Positions 10,449 to 20,295 of a stretch of 59,558 nt of DNA are shown here, piece by piece. Position numbers and translations under genes: made by a program. The stretch lies in assembly GCA_003820645.1 (NCBI GenBank), contig RPOR01000007.1, positions 1 to 59,558 on the forward strand, read 5' to 3'. A model generated the notes under the pieces. It was given only the letters and a program-made list of their open reading frames with translations. It was not told where the DNA came from and searched no databases. Source of the stretch: Betaproteobacteria bacterium. GTDB lineage: Bacteria; Pseudomonadota; Gammaproteobacteria; Burkholderiales; SG8-41. Every line of letters begins with the position of its first letter. Position 1 is the first letter of the stretch.

Positions 10449-11189
10449 TCATCGGATCAGCAGGGGCAGGCCGCTGATGATCAGGATCACCGCGACGAGG
10501 CGTTTGAAGGCGATGTCGTTCAGATTGGCATGAACGCGGTCGCCGATGAATATTCCCAGCGCCATCATCGGCAGCGCAATGGCGCAAGCCACCAGCACGT
10601 CACGGGTGAATTCGCCGGTCGCCACGTAGGCGCCGCCGCGCAGGATGCCCAGTCCGAACAGGATCGCAGCCACTGTCGCACGGAATACATCGCGGCTGTA
10701 CCTGAGTATGTCGAGGTAGATTGCGAAGAACATGCCGGCCATCGAGCCAAACATGGTGCCCACAAAACCGGCGAGGGTGCCGGCTGTCGGCATGATCGCA
10801 GCCATCGGCAGTTTCACTTTGCCCGGCGGCCGCCAGGTCGCGAGCAATGCGTAGCCTCCATAGCCGAGCACCACCCCGCCGAGGATCCTGGCCAGCGTGT
10901 TGGCGTCGAGAATTTTGAAAAAATACACGCCGATTGCCACGCCGAGTGCAGTCCACGGCAGGATGCGCCGCAGGTCGCGCCATGCGACATGACGGTAATC
11001 GGTGCGCAGGATGGCGGCCGAGGAAACCAATCCGAGAAGCGTCACCATCGGCACTACGGTTTTCAGTGATATCACCCACGCGAGCAGTGGCACGGTAATG
11101 CCGCCGAAGCCGGCGCTGCCGCGGATGGCATAGGAGATGACAATAATGAAACAGAAATACAGCAGTTCCGGGGTCGTCAGCGCATCCAC
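10449..11189 (-). CDS. TauE/SafE family sulfite exporter (TSUP)
   Basis: About 8 TM helices, IRGSAGFGG motif, FRAT motif. Confidence 0.8.
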   Translation of the reverse strand: MDALTTPELLYFCFIIVISYAIRGSAGFGGITVPLLAWVISLKTVVPMVTLLGLVSSAAILRTDYRHVAWRDLRRILPWTALGVAIGVYFFKILDANTLARILGGVVLGYGGYALLATWRPPGKVKLPMAAIMPTAGTLAGFVGTMFGSMAGMFFAIYLDILRYSRDVFRATVAAILFGLGILRGGAYVATGEFTRDVLVACAIALPMMALGIFIGDRVHANLNDIAFKRLVAVILIISGLPLLIR

Positions 11190-11221
11190 GGATCAGCAGG
11201 CGTGACGGCGCACTGCGCCGC

Positions 11222-12625
11222 TCATTTTTTTTCTTTGCCGGACAGTCCGCCGAGCAGTGCCGCTGTGGGCCGGGTGGTGCGGCCACGGATCGACGACAAT
11301 TTTTCGGTGGCTGGCTGGGACGATGCGGTTGCCGAAGGTTCGTAGGGTTTGCTGAAATCGAAACCATCGCTGGCGCGTTGCGGTTTCTGCACGGGGCGCG
11401 GCGTTGCCGGCGCGGTGCGGCGCGGCTCGCGCTTCGGTGCGTCATCGTGCGTCTCGCGGCGCGGACGCGACTCGCGGCCACGCTCGGGGGTGAAATTCTC
11501 GATCCCCTTTCGGGGTATCGCGCGCTTCAGCAGCTTTTCGATGTCGGCAAGCAGGCGTTCTTCATCCGGGCTGACCAGCGAAATCGCCTCCCCCGGCAGG
11601 CCGGCGCGGCCGGTACGGCCTATGCGATGCACATAGTCTTCGGGGGTATAGGGCAATTCGTAGTTAATGACAAATGGCAGTTCGACGATGTCGATGCCGC
11701 GGGCGGCAATGTCGGTGGCTACCAGCACCGTGGTGCGGCCCTCCTTGAAGTCAGCCAGCGCCAGTTCGCGTTCAGCCTGGGTGCGGTCGCTGTGGATGGC
11801 CGTGGCGTTGATACCGTCGCGTACCAGTTCGCGCGCGAGTTTGTTGCAATCGCGTTTCATGCGCAGGAATACCAGCACCTGCTTCATGTCACGGGAGCGG
11901 ATCAAGTGAGCCAGCAGCGCGCGCTTGCTGGCAGCCGGGGTTTCATAGACCTGATGTTCGACGAGATCGGCCGGCGCATTGCGCCGTGCCACTTCTATCA
12001 GCAGCGGGTTGCGCAACAGCTGATTGGCGAGCTTCTTGATTTCTTCCGAAAACGTGGCCGAAAACAACAGGCTCTGGCGCTGCGTCGGAATCAACGCGAG
12101 GATGCGCCGGATGTCGGGCAGGAACCCCATGTCGAGCATGCGGTCTGCCTCGTCGAGCACGAGGATTTCGACCTGGCCCAGCGAAACGCTTTTTTGCTGC
12201 ACATGGTCGAGCAGACGACCGGGTGTAGCCACCAGGATGTCGACGCCTTCACGCAGGGCTTTGGTCTGGGGCTGCATGTCGACGCCGCCATACACTACCG
12301 TCGAGCGCAGCTTCAGGTGTTTGCCGTAGCCGCGCACACTATCGCTGACCTGTGCCGCGAGTTCGCGTGTCGGTGTCAGGATCAGTGCGCGTACCGGATG
12401 CCGTGCCGGGGAAGGACTGGAATTGGCGTAGGGCGCAAGCAATTGCAGCATGGGCAACGTGAAACCGGCGGTTTTGCCGGTGCCGGTCTGGGCGCAGCCC
12501 ATGATGTCGCGGCGTTCCAGCACCGCCGGAATCGCCTTCGACTGGATCGGTGTTGGCTCGGTATAACCCTCGTCAGCAACCGCGCGCTGAAGTTCGGGTA
12601 TCAGATTGAGGTCGGCAAAGGACAT
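11222..12625 (-). CDS. rhlE: DEAD-box RNA helicase, RhlE-like
   Basis: Q motif [36 protein letters not shown]; start at MSFADL (12625). Confidence 0.88.
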   Translation of the reverse strand: MSFADLNLIPELQRAVADEGYTEPTPIQSKAIPAVLERRDIMGCAQTGTGKTAGFTLPMLQLLAPYANSSPSPARHPVRALILTPTRELAAQVSDSVRGYGKHLKLRSTVVYGGVDMQPQTKALREGVDILVATPGRLLDHVQQKSVSLGQVEILVLDEADRMLDMGFLPDIRRILALIPTQRQSLLFSATFSEEIKKLANQLLRNPLLIEVARRNAPADLVEHQVYETPAASKRALLAHLIRSRDMKQVLVFLRMKRDCNKLARELVRDGINATAIHSDRTQAERELALADFKEGRTTVLVATDIAARGIDIVELPFVINYELPYTPEDYVHRIGRTGRAGLPGEAISLVSPDEERLLADIEKLLKRAIPRKGIENFTPERGRESRPRRETHDDAPKREPRRTAPATPRPVQKPQRASDGFDFSKPYEPSATASSQPATEKLSSIRGRTTRPTAALLGGLSGKEKK

Positions 12626-12885
12626 GGCATTAACAGGAGATGTCGCGGACGGAACGGGAGGCAACCGGGGCAATCATGGCGCACAGCGCAGACGCGCAAG
12701 GCCGTTAGGCTGGATCGACGACGGAGCCGGGTGTGGAATTGGAACGGGGTAAATCACGCTGGCGGAGTATAGCGCGGACCGTGTTCCCCGGCCAGCCAGT
12801 GCCCGAAAACTTCCAAATATTCAAAAATCTGGTAAATTGTTGCGGCGCTTCAATCTGTGCCATTTCTGGATGAAAACCGCACGCG

Positions 12886-13503
12886 ATGGATAGCTATCAC
12901 CCGACATTGAGTGGCCCGGCAACAGCTTACCTGTTTCCGTTGATCCTGACGCTGGACACCCATGGTGTGCCGCATCGCTGGATCAGCTGGCAGCATGCCT
13001 GTTATTACTATGCCAAGGACCAGGTGGCGTGGAGCATGGGGAAGCAGGCGTTCACGGTGCATGGCGGAATGAACCGGATCACCGGGGAGCGCTCGATGAT
13101 CAGCGGGTCGAGCATCATCGCCATCAAGGGCAAGGCGATGGCGATGAAGTCGTTCAATCAGGTGCCGCCGCTGAACAATCGCGAACTGTTCCACCGCGAC
13201 CGCCAGATCTGCGCCTATTGCGCGCACAGTTTCTCCAGCGCACGCCTGACTCGAGACCACATTGTGCCATTTTCCAAAGGCGGCCGTGATACCTGGATGA
13301 ATGTGGTCACCGCATGTCGCCCCTGCAATGAGCGCAAAAGCGACCGCACGCCCGAGGGCGCCGGCATGGAACTGGTTTACCTGCCCTATGTACCGAACCG
13401 CGCCGAATATCTGATCCTCACCAACCGGCGCATCCTCGCCGACCAGATGGAATTTCTCGCGCAACACGTACCGGCTCAAAGCCGGTTGCACCAGCCACGG
13501 TAG
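12886..13503 (+). CDS. HNH endonuclease (McrA/HNH_5-like)
   Basis: CAYC...TRDHIVP..KGG.D.W.N...AC..CN..K motif. Confidence 0.88.
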   Translation: MDSYHPTLSGPATAYLFPLILTLDTHGVPHRWISWQHACYYYAKDQVAWSMGKQAFTVHGGMNRITGERSMISGSSIIAIKGKAMAMKSFNQVPPLNNRELFHRDRQICAYCAHSFSSARLTRDHIVPFSKGGRDTWMNVVTACRPCNERKSDRTPEGAGMELVYLPYVPNRAEYLILTNRRILADQMEFLAQHVPAQSRLHQPR

Positions 13504-13572
13504 AGTTCAGCGATCGTCGATGTGACTGCAGTGCCGATGCCGGTGCGTGGCGGTTGATTGCCCCAGACCGCG

Positions 13573-13987
13573 CTAACGTACTGCCGACCTCACTTGCTGA
13601 TCGCCCGCCGGACGTGCCGCGTCCTTGACAATCAGCCAGAGCAGCGCACCGTTGACCACGATAAATATGCTCTCGAGATAGAGCAGCGTGTCGACGATTA
13701 CATGCGCCGGTGAACAACAGCGATGCGTTTTGGAGACTGGCGCTGCGGGACCTGTCGCCGAGCAGCAGCCAGGCTATGGGCAGATTGGCCAGCACGACGA
13801 TGATCTCGATCGTCAGGAGATCGGCATTGACGATGCCCAGTGGTGGCCTTTGGGTAATGAAATGGAATCCGGCAAATACCGGAATGTTCGATGCGGCAAT
13901 GGAATATTGATCGACCGGTGGGAACAGGGTGATCAACAGCAGGTTGGCAACGCCGATGGCCAGCGCAATGCCTTGATTTCTGTTCAT
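13573..13987 (-). pseudogene. Frameshifted (internal deletion) membrane protein made of two internal repeats
   Basis: Frame 1 encodes MNRNQGIALAIGVANLLLITLFPP...GIVNADLLTIEIIVVLANLPIAWLLLGD then loses protein-like character after ...SLQNASLLFTG (~13706). A shifted frame from 13704 reads HVIVDTLLYLESIFIVVNGALLWLIVKD...stop 13573, matching the second half of repeat 1. Confidence 0.65.
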
Positions 13988-14306
13988 GGCCGGAAGTTAT
14001 TCTGTTCGTTGATCATTTTCACCATACCCGATTCCTCAACCGGCAGTCATGTATAACCTTTTGTTTTTAAAAATTAAATTAGTATTCGGCGGGACATTAG
14101 GGCGGGCAGAACGTCTGCAACGCGGTCACCGGCGTTTGGTGCAGCATCGACAGCGTCATCGGCAGAGTCGGGGTCAATTGATAGTGCGAATCGGTGCTGT
14201 TCAGTCGTTGCGGCAACCGGCGATGGTGTATCTCCGCGCGTCAGTGGCGAAGTTTGATATGATGCCCGCCATATTTTTCTAATTAATTGATTTTATTAAT
14301 ATTTCA

Positions 14307-15134
14307 ATGAAAGTTGATCTGCACAGCCACTCCACCTGCTCCGACGGTCTGCTCAGTCCGGTCGATCTCGTGGAACGTGCCGTGCAGCGTGGCGTCGACA
14401 TGCTGGCGCTGACGGATCACGACGAGCTTGCCGGTCTCGGTGCTGCGCATGCGGCGGCGGAACAGTGGGGGCTGCGGCTGATCGATGGCGTCGAGATTTC
14501 CGTGCAGTGGGAAGCCACGACGCTGCATATCGTCGGTCTTGGTATCGGTATCGCCCATGTGCCGCTGATCGAAGGATTGGCGGCAATCCGTACCGGTCGT
14601 GAACAGCGCGCGCAACGCATCGCGGAAAGTCTCACCGCGGCCGGCATTGCCGGCAGCCTCGAAGGCGCGCGCCGTTACGCGAAAAATCCGGAACTGGTCA
14701 GTCGTGCGCATTTCGCACGCTATCTGGTGGAGACCGGTCACGCGCGGGACACCAACGCGGTTTTCCGCAATTATCTGACGCCGGGGAAACCCGGTTATGT
14801 GTCGCACCAGTGGGCAGGGCTGGGCGATGCGTTGCACTGGATCAATGGCAGCGGCGGGGTGGCCGTGCTCGCCCATCCCGGCCGTTATCCGCTGAACCAG
14901 CAGCAATGCGAGCGTCTGCTCGGCGAATTCGTTGGTTTGGGCGGCGTGGCGGTAGAGGTTGTCACCGGTTCGCATGCACCGGACGAATTCGTGACTTGGG
15001 CGCGGTATGCGCGACGCTTCGGTCTGCGTGCATCCGCCGGTTCGGATTTTCATGGACCTGGCGAGGGTTACCGCGATGTGGGCAACGTGCCGGTGCTGCC
15101 TGCGGGCTGCGATCCGGTCTGGTCGGTGTTCTAG
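14307..15134 (+). CDS. yciV: PHP-domain phosphoesterase/nuclease YciV (TrpH/RNase AM family)
   Basis: DLHSHS..SDG, LTDHD, GVEIS, AHPGRY, GSDFHG; upstream of yciO and trpS. Confidence 0.85.
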   Translation: MKVDLHSHSTCSDGLLSPVDLVERAVQRGVDMLALTDHDELAGLGAAHAAAEQWGLRLIDGVEISVQWEATTLHIVGLGIGIAHVPLIEGLAAIRTGREQRAQRIAESLTAAGIAGSLEGARRYAKNPELVSRAHFARYLVETGHARDTNAVFRNYLTPGKPGYVSHQWAGLGDALHWINGSGGVAVLAHPGRYPLNQQQCERLLGEFVGLGGVAVEVVTGSHAPDEFVTWARYARRFGLRASAGSDFHGPGEGYRDVGNVPVLPAGCDPVWSVF

Positions 15135-15163
15135 CGCACTCCGCTCAGCCCGCCGCAACCAAC

Positions 15164-15787
15164 GTGTCACAGTTTTTTGCCATCCATCCGGAGAGTCCGC
15201 AGCCGCGCCTGATCAAGCGTGCTGCGGAAATCATCCGCAGCGGCGGCATCATCGTTTATCCGACGGATTCCTGTTATGCGTTCGGCTGCCACATTGGTGA
15301 CAAGGCGGCGATGGAGCGCATCCGTGTCATCCGCGGCATCGACGCCCGACATCACCTGACGCTGGTGTGCCGGGACCTGTCGGAACTGGCCACCTATGCG
15401 CGGGTGGACAATCAGCAGTTTCGATTGCTGCGGGCGGCAACGCCGGGCAGCTATGTGTTCATCCTCGAGGCTACCCGCGAATTGCCGAAGCGGCTGCAGC
15501 ATCCAAAACGGCGCACGATCGGCCTGCGCATCCCCGATCATCCAGTGGTGGATGCGCTGCTTGCCGAATTGGGCGAGCCGCTGCTGTCATCGACGCTGCT
15601 ATTGCCTGGCGATGTCCAGCCGCATACCGACGCGCAGGAAATCCGTGAACGGCTGGAGCGTCAGGTTGACCTGATACTCGATGGCGGGTCGTGCGGTGTC
15701 GAGCCGACTACGGTGGTTGATTTGACCGGGCCGGTACCGTTGGTGATTCGGGCGGGTAAGGGCAGCCTGGCGCCGCTGGGCCTGTAA
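15164..15787 (+). CDS. yciO: YciO (Sua5/YrdC/YciO family protein)
   Basis: GTG start giving MSQFFAIHPESPQPRLI; YPTDSCY, TIGLRIP, PTTVVDL. Confidence 0.88.
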   Translation: MSQFFAIHPESPQPRLIKRAAEIIRSGGIIVYPTDSCYAFGCHIGDKAAMERIRVIRGIDARHHLTLVCRDLSELATYARVDNQQFRLLRAATPGSYVFILEATRELPKRLQHPKRRTIGLRIPDHPVVDALLAELGEPLLSSTLLLPGDVQPHTDAQEIRERLERQVDLILDGGSCGVEPTTVVDLTGPVPLVIRAGKGSLAPLGL

Positions 15788-15986
15788 AAACTCAGCAAAT
15801 CAATTGCTTGCTGCGTAATGCAGGGCTTGGGCTAAAATCGGGGTCAGCATGGTGCGCTGGCATCGCTGCGCAATTGTCGTAACTATTTGTTTTTATTCAT
15901 TTTTTTCGGAAGTGGCCCGGCTGCGGAATTTGTATCCAGCGCCACGCGTCCTGCCGGCAACAACGTTGTAATTCCCGGACCCCTAC

Positions 15987-17189
15987 ATGTTTGAAAACCG
16001 CGTTTTATCCGGCATGCGCCCCACCGGCGCGCTGCACTTCGGCCACTACCATGGCGTGCTCAAAAACTGGATCAGGCTCCAGCATGAGCATCAATGCCTG
16101 TTCTTCGTGGCCGACTGGCATGCACTGACCACGCATTATGACGAGCCGGCGACCATCGAGAATCACGCTTGGGACATGGTGGTGGACTGGCTGGCCGCCG
16201 GTGTCGATCCGGCGCAGGCGGTGCTGTTCATCCAGTCGCGAGTGCCCGAGCACGCCGAATTGCACCTGCTGCTGTCGATGATCACGCCGTTGTCCTGGCT
16301 GGAGCGGGTGCCGACCTACAAGGACCAGCAGGAAAAACTCGTCGAGAAGGATCTGGCGACCTACGGATTTCTCGGGTATCCGCTGCTGCAAAGCGCCGAT
16401 ATCCTGATTTACCGCGCCAATCTGGTGCCGGTCGGCGAGGACCAGGTGCCTCATGTCGAAATCACCCGCGAAATCGCCCGGCGTTTTAATCATGTATTCG
16501 GTCGCGAACCGGGATTTGAGGCCAAGGCTGAAGCGGCCATCAAGAAACTGGGGGCGCGTCGCGGCAAGCTCTACCGCAAGCTGCGCACCGATTATCTGGA
16601 GCAAGGCGACGCGGGGGCGCTCGCCGCAGCGCGGGCGCTGCTTGAAGAAACGCAGAACCTGCCGCTGGGTGACCGTGAACGGTTGTTCGGTTACATCGAG
16701 GGTGGCGGCAAGGTCATCCTTACGGAACCGCAGGCGCTGCTGACCGCAGCCGCGAAAATGCCGGGGCTGGACGGGCAGAAAATGTCCAAGTCGTACAACA
16801 ACACGATTGCATTGCGCGAGAGCCCGGAGAATGTCGCGAAGAAGGTGAAAACCATGCCCACTGATCCGGCGCGCATCAAGCGCACGGATCCGGGAGATCC
16901 GGAAAAGTGCCCGGTGTGGCAATTGCACGTGGTGTATTCGGACGAGACGAAGAAACAATGGGTGCAGGAAGGCTGTCGCAGTGCAGGTATCGGCTGCCTC
17001 GAATGCAAACAGCCGGTGATCGACGCCATCATTGCCGAGCAGAAGCCGATGCGCGAGCGGGCCGAGCGCTACCTCGATGATCCGACGCTGGTGCGCAACA
17101 TCATTGCCGACGGCTGCGAAAAGGCGCGCAAGCTGGCGCAGGAGACGCTGCGCGACGTGCGCGAGGTGATGGGGCTCGACTACTCCTGA
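15987..17189 (+). CDS. trpS: Tryptophan--tRNA ligase
   Basis: SGMRPTG.LHFGH (HIGH), VPVGEDQ, KMSKS. Confidence 0.96.
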   Translation: MFENRVLSGMRPTGALHFGHYHGVLKNWIRLQHEHQCLFFVADWHALTTHYDEPATIENHAWDMVVDWLAAGVDPAQAVLFIQSRVPEHAELHLLLSMITPLSWLERVPTYKDQQEKLVEKDLATYGFLGYPLLQSADILIYRANLVPVGEDQVPHVEITREIARRFNHVFGREPGFEAKAEAAIKKLGARRGKLYRKLRTDYLEQGDAGALAAARALLEETQNLPLGDRERLFGYIEGGGKVILTEPQALLTAAAKMPGLDGQKMSKSYNNTIALRESPENVAKKVKTMPTDPARIKRTDPGDPEKCPVWQLHVVYSDETKKQWVQEGCRSAGIGCLECKQPVIDAIIAEQKPMRERAERYLDDPTLVRNIIADGCEKARKLAQETLRDVREVMGLDYS

Positions 17190-17199
17190 TCGCGGGTAG

Positions 17200-20100
17200 T
17201 CAGTGGAAATTCCGCGCCGTTGTCGCCAGTTGTCCCAGCAACTTGCTGTGATCGGTCAGTCGGTGCGCGATCAAGTGCACCACATCGCCTTCCTTTTGTA
17301 CCACGCCCTCGACACCGAGCAGGTTTGACTGCAGCAGTTCCCGGCGTTGCTGCTCGATCAGCTGCTGCCGGACCACGACGTTGATATAGCCCGTTTCGTC
17401 TTCCAGCGTGACGAACATTACGCCATGGGCCGTGCCGGGACGCTGGCGACAGGTTACGAGACCTGCAGCGCGGGCGTGACGGCCATTGGCAAGGGTGCGC
17501 AGATCGGCGGCATTGATCAAGCGCATGCGCTGCAGACGCGGTCGCAGCAAGGCGAGGGGGTGGCGGCCGAGAGTCAGCCCCAGACTGGCGTAATCGTTGA
17601 CGATGTCACTGGCTTCAGTGGGTGGAAACAACCCGGGCTGCAATGCGTTTGCCGGCATGTGCTGCAGCAAGTCTTCGTCATAGCGGATACCAGCCGCCGC
17701 CCAGTGTGCCAGCCGGCGATGGCCTGCCAGCGTGGCCAAGGCGCCGGCATCGGCCAGCTTGCGCAGAGCCGGGGCACTGAGCAGCGCACGTTGTGCCAGA
17801 TCCGCGGTATTGTCGAACGGCCGGGTCAGGCGTGCCGCCACGATGCGGTTGGCCGCCTGCTCGGAAAATCCCTTGATCAGTGCCAGACCCAGTCGCACGG
17901 CAGGCTGCTCCAAACCGGTTTCGAGGGTGCACGGCCAGGCGCTGTGGTTGACATCGACTGGCCGCACTGCAACGCCATGGCGGCGTGCATCCTGCACCAG
18001 TTGCGACGGTGTATAGAAGCCCAGAGGTTGTGCGTTCAGCATGCCGGCAAGGAACGCCGCGGGCTCATGGTGTTTCAGCCAGGCTGACACGTAAGCGAGC
18101 AGTGCAAAGCTGATCGAATGCGACTCCGGGAAACCGTATTCACCGAAGCCACAGATCTGCTGGTAAATCTGCTCGGCGAATTGCTGCGTGTAACCGCGTT
18201 CCTGCATACCCGCGATCAGGCGCGGATAAAAATGCTCCAGTCCGCCCTTGCGGCGCCATGCTGCCATCGATCGGCGCAACTGGTCGGCTTCGCCGGGCGT
18301 AAATCCGGCGGCGACGACGGCGAGCTGCATCACCTGCTCCTGGAAAATCGGCACTCCCAGTGTGCGTTCCAGCACATGCCTTATGCCCGGCGAGGGATAA
18401 TTGACGGCTTCGAGGCCACGGCGGCGGCGCAGATAGGGATGTACCATGCCGCCTTGTATCGGTCCCGGGCGGACGATGGCGATTTGCACGACCAGATCAT
18501 AAAACTCCGCGGGCTGCAGCCGTGGCAGCATCGACATCTGGGCGCGGGACTCGATCTGGAAGACGCCGATGGTGTCGGCGCGCCGGATCATGTCGTAGAC
18601 GGCGGGGTCATCACCACGGTCCAGGATATCCCGCATTGTCAGGGGTGTGCGGCACGTGTCATGGAGCAGATTGAGCGTGCCGCGGATCGCCGAGAGCATG
18701 CCCAGTGCCAGTACATCAACCTTGAGCAATCCCAGCGCTTCCAGATCGTCCTTGTCCCACTGGATGATCGATCGCTCCGGCATCGCGGCGTTTTCAACCG
18801 GCACCAGCCGCGCCAACGGTCCGCTGGCGATGACAAAACCGCCGACATGCTGGGACAGATGGCGCGGAAAGCCGACGATTTCCGTGGCCAGGCGGATTAC
18901 GCGTTGCATCACCGGGCTGTCGGCGTCGACGCCCGCGTCGCGCAGGCGCTCGGGCATGGCCCGCTGTCCGTCCCACCACATCATCGAGCGCGCCACGCGA
19001 TCAGTGATGGATTGCTCCAGGCCCAGCGCCTTGCCGATATCACGCAGTGCGCTGCGCGGACGGTAGGTGATGACCGTAGCCGCGAGGGCGGCACGGTCAC
19101 GTCCGTACTTGCCATAAATGTACTGGATCACTTCTTCACGGCGCTGATGTTCGAAGTCGACATCGATGTCCGGCGGTTCGTCGCGCTCGCGGGAAATGAA
19201 GCGTTCGAACAGCAGGTTCATGCGCGCAGGATCAACCTCGGTGATGCCCAGGCAGTAACACACTGCGGAATTGGCGGCCGAGCCGCGTCCCTGGCACAGG
19301 ATATGGTTGGCACGGGCATAGGCCACGATATCCTGCACCGTCAGGAAAAAATGTTCATAGCCGAGCTCGGCGATCAGTGCGAGTTCATGTTCCACCTGGC
19401 AGCGCACCACATCCGGGATGCCGTCAGGATAGCGCCGGTGCAGGCCGTCAATGGTCAATCGCCGCAAGTGACTGGTGGAGGTTTCTCCTTCCGGTACCAG
19501 CTCGCCCGGATATTCGTAACGCAGGCTGTCGAGTGAAAAATTGCAGCGTTCCGCAATGCGCAGGGTTTCGGTCAGCAGTGGTGCGGGATAGATTTGCGCC
19601 AGCCGCAGGCGTGAGCGCAAATGCCGCTCGGCATTGGCGTACAGCGCGTGGCCTGCTGCATGCACCGGTGTGTGCAGGCGTATCGCCGTCAGCGCATCCT
19701 GCAGCGGCTTGCGCGACCTTACGTGCATATGCACGTCACCGGCCGCAACCAGCGGCAGACCACAGGCATGTCCCAGCGCCTGCAAGTCATGCAATCGCGC
19801 GTGATCGTTTGTCCCGCGCAGCAGTTCAACGGCGATCCAGGCGCAGCCGCTGAAACGCTGCGCGACAAACCGTGCTGTTTCGGCATCAGCCGGATCGCCG
19901 TGCAGCAACAGCGCCAGGCAATGGTCGAGGTTGCATTGCAGGTCGGCACGGGTCAGGCGGTATGCGCCCTTGGCGGAGCGTCGGCGGCCGCGGCTGATCA
20001 GCATCGAGATGTGGCCGTAACTTTCGCGGTTGGTGGCGAGCAGGACCAATCGCAGCCGTTCATCGATCAACACCTCGGTGCCGATGATCAGTTTGAGGCC

Positions 20101-20286
20101 GCAGGCCTGCGCGGCGACATGGGCGCGCACGATGCCGGCCATCGAACACTCGTCGGTGAGGGCCAGTGCGTGGTAGCCCAGCGCATGCGCGCGCTGCACC
20201 AGTTCCTCGGGATGTGATGCGCCACGCAGAAAGGTGAAATTCGACAGGCAGTGCAGTTCAGCGTAATCGGGCAGAGCCATGGACAT
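17200..20286 (-). CDS. dnaE2: Error-prone DNA polymerase DnaE2 (ImuC)
   Basis: YAELHCLSNFTFLRGASHPEEL, GRGSAANS, catalytic PDIDVDF, C-terminal ARNFH (SRDFH-like). Confidence 0.95.
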   Translation of the reverse strand: MSMALPDYAELHCLSNFTFLRGASHPEELVQRAHALGYHALALTDECSMAGIVRAHVAAQACGLKLIIGTEVLIDERLRLVLLATNRESYGHISMLISRGRRRSAKGAYRLTRADLQCNLDHCLALLLHGDPADAETARFVAQRFSGCAWIAVELLRGTNDHARLHDLQALGHACGLPLVAAGDVHMHVRSRKPLQDALTAIRLHTPVHAAGHALYANAERHLRSRLRLAQIYPAPLLTETLRIAERCNFSLDSLRYEYPGELVPEGETSTSHLRRLTIDGLHRRYPDGIPDVVRCQVEHELALIAELGYEHFFLTVQDIVAYARANHILCQGRGSAANSAVCYCLGITEVDPARMNLLFERFISRERDEPPDIDVDFEHQRREEVIQYIYGKYGRDRAALAATVITYRPRSALRDIGKALGLEQSITDRVARSMMWWDGQRAMPERLRDAGVDADSPVMQRVIRLATEIVGFPRHLSQHVGGFVIASGPLARLVPVENAAMPERSIIQWDKDDLEALGLLKVDVLALGMLSAIRGTLNLLHDTCRTPLTMRDILDRGDDPAVYDMIRRADTIGVFQIESRAQMSMLPRLQPAEFYDLVVQIAIVRPGPIQGGMVHPYLRRRRGLEAVNYPSPGIRHVLERTLGVPIFQEQVMQLAVVAAGFTPGEADQLRRSMAAWRRKGGLEHFYPRLIAGMQERGYTQQFAEQIYQQICGFGEYGFPESHSISFALLAYVSAWLKHHEPAAFLAGMLNAQPLGFYTPSQLVQDARRHGVAVRPVDVNHSAWPCTLETGLEQPAVRLGLALIKGFSEQAANRIVAARLTRPFDNTADLAQRALLSAPALRKLADAGALATLAGHRRLAHWAAAGIRYDEDLLQHMPANALQPGLFPPTEASDIVNDYASLGLTLGRHPLALLRPRLQRMRLINAADLRTLANGRHARAAGLVTCRQRPGTAHGVMFVTLEDETGYINVVVRQQLIEQQRRELLQSNLLGVEGVVQKEGDVVHLIAHRLTDHSKLLGQLATTARNFH

Positions 20287-20295
20287 GCCGGAATT

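Noticed and set aside
15849-15971. 40-codon ORF upstream of trpS as a Trp attenuator leader
   Set aside because: Only one Trp codon, no clear SD and no terminator/antiterminator pair; the region is better explained by IHF-like and promoter sequence.
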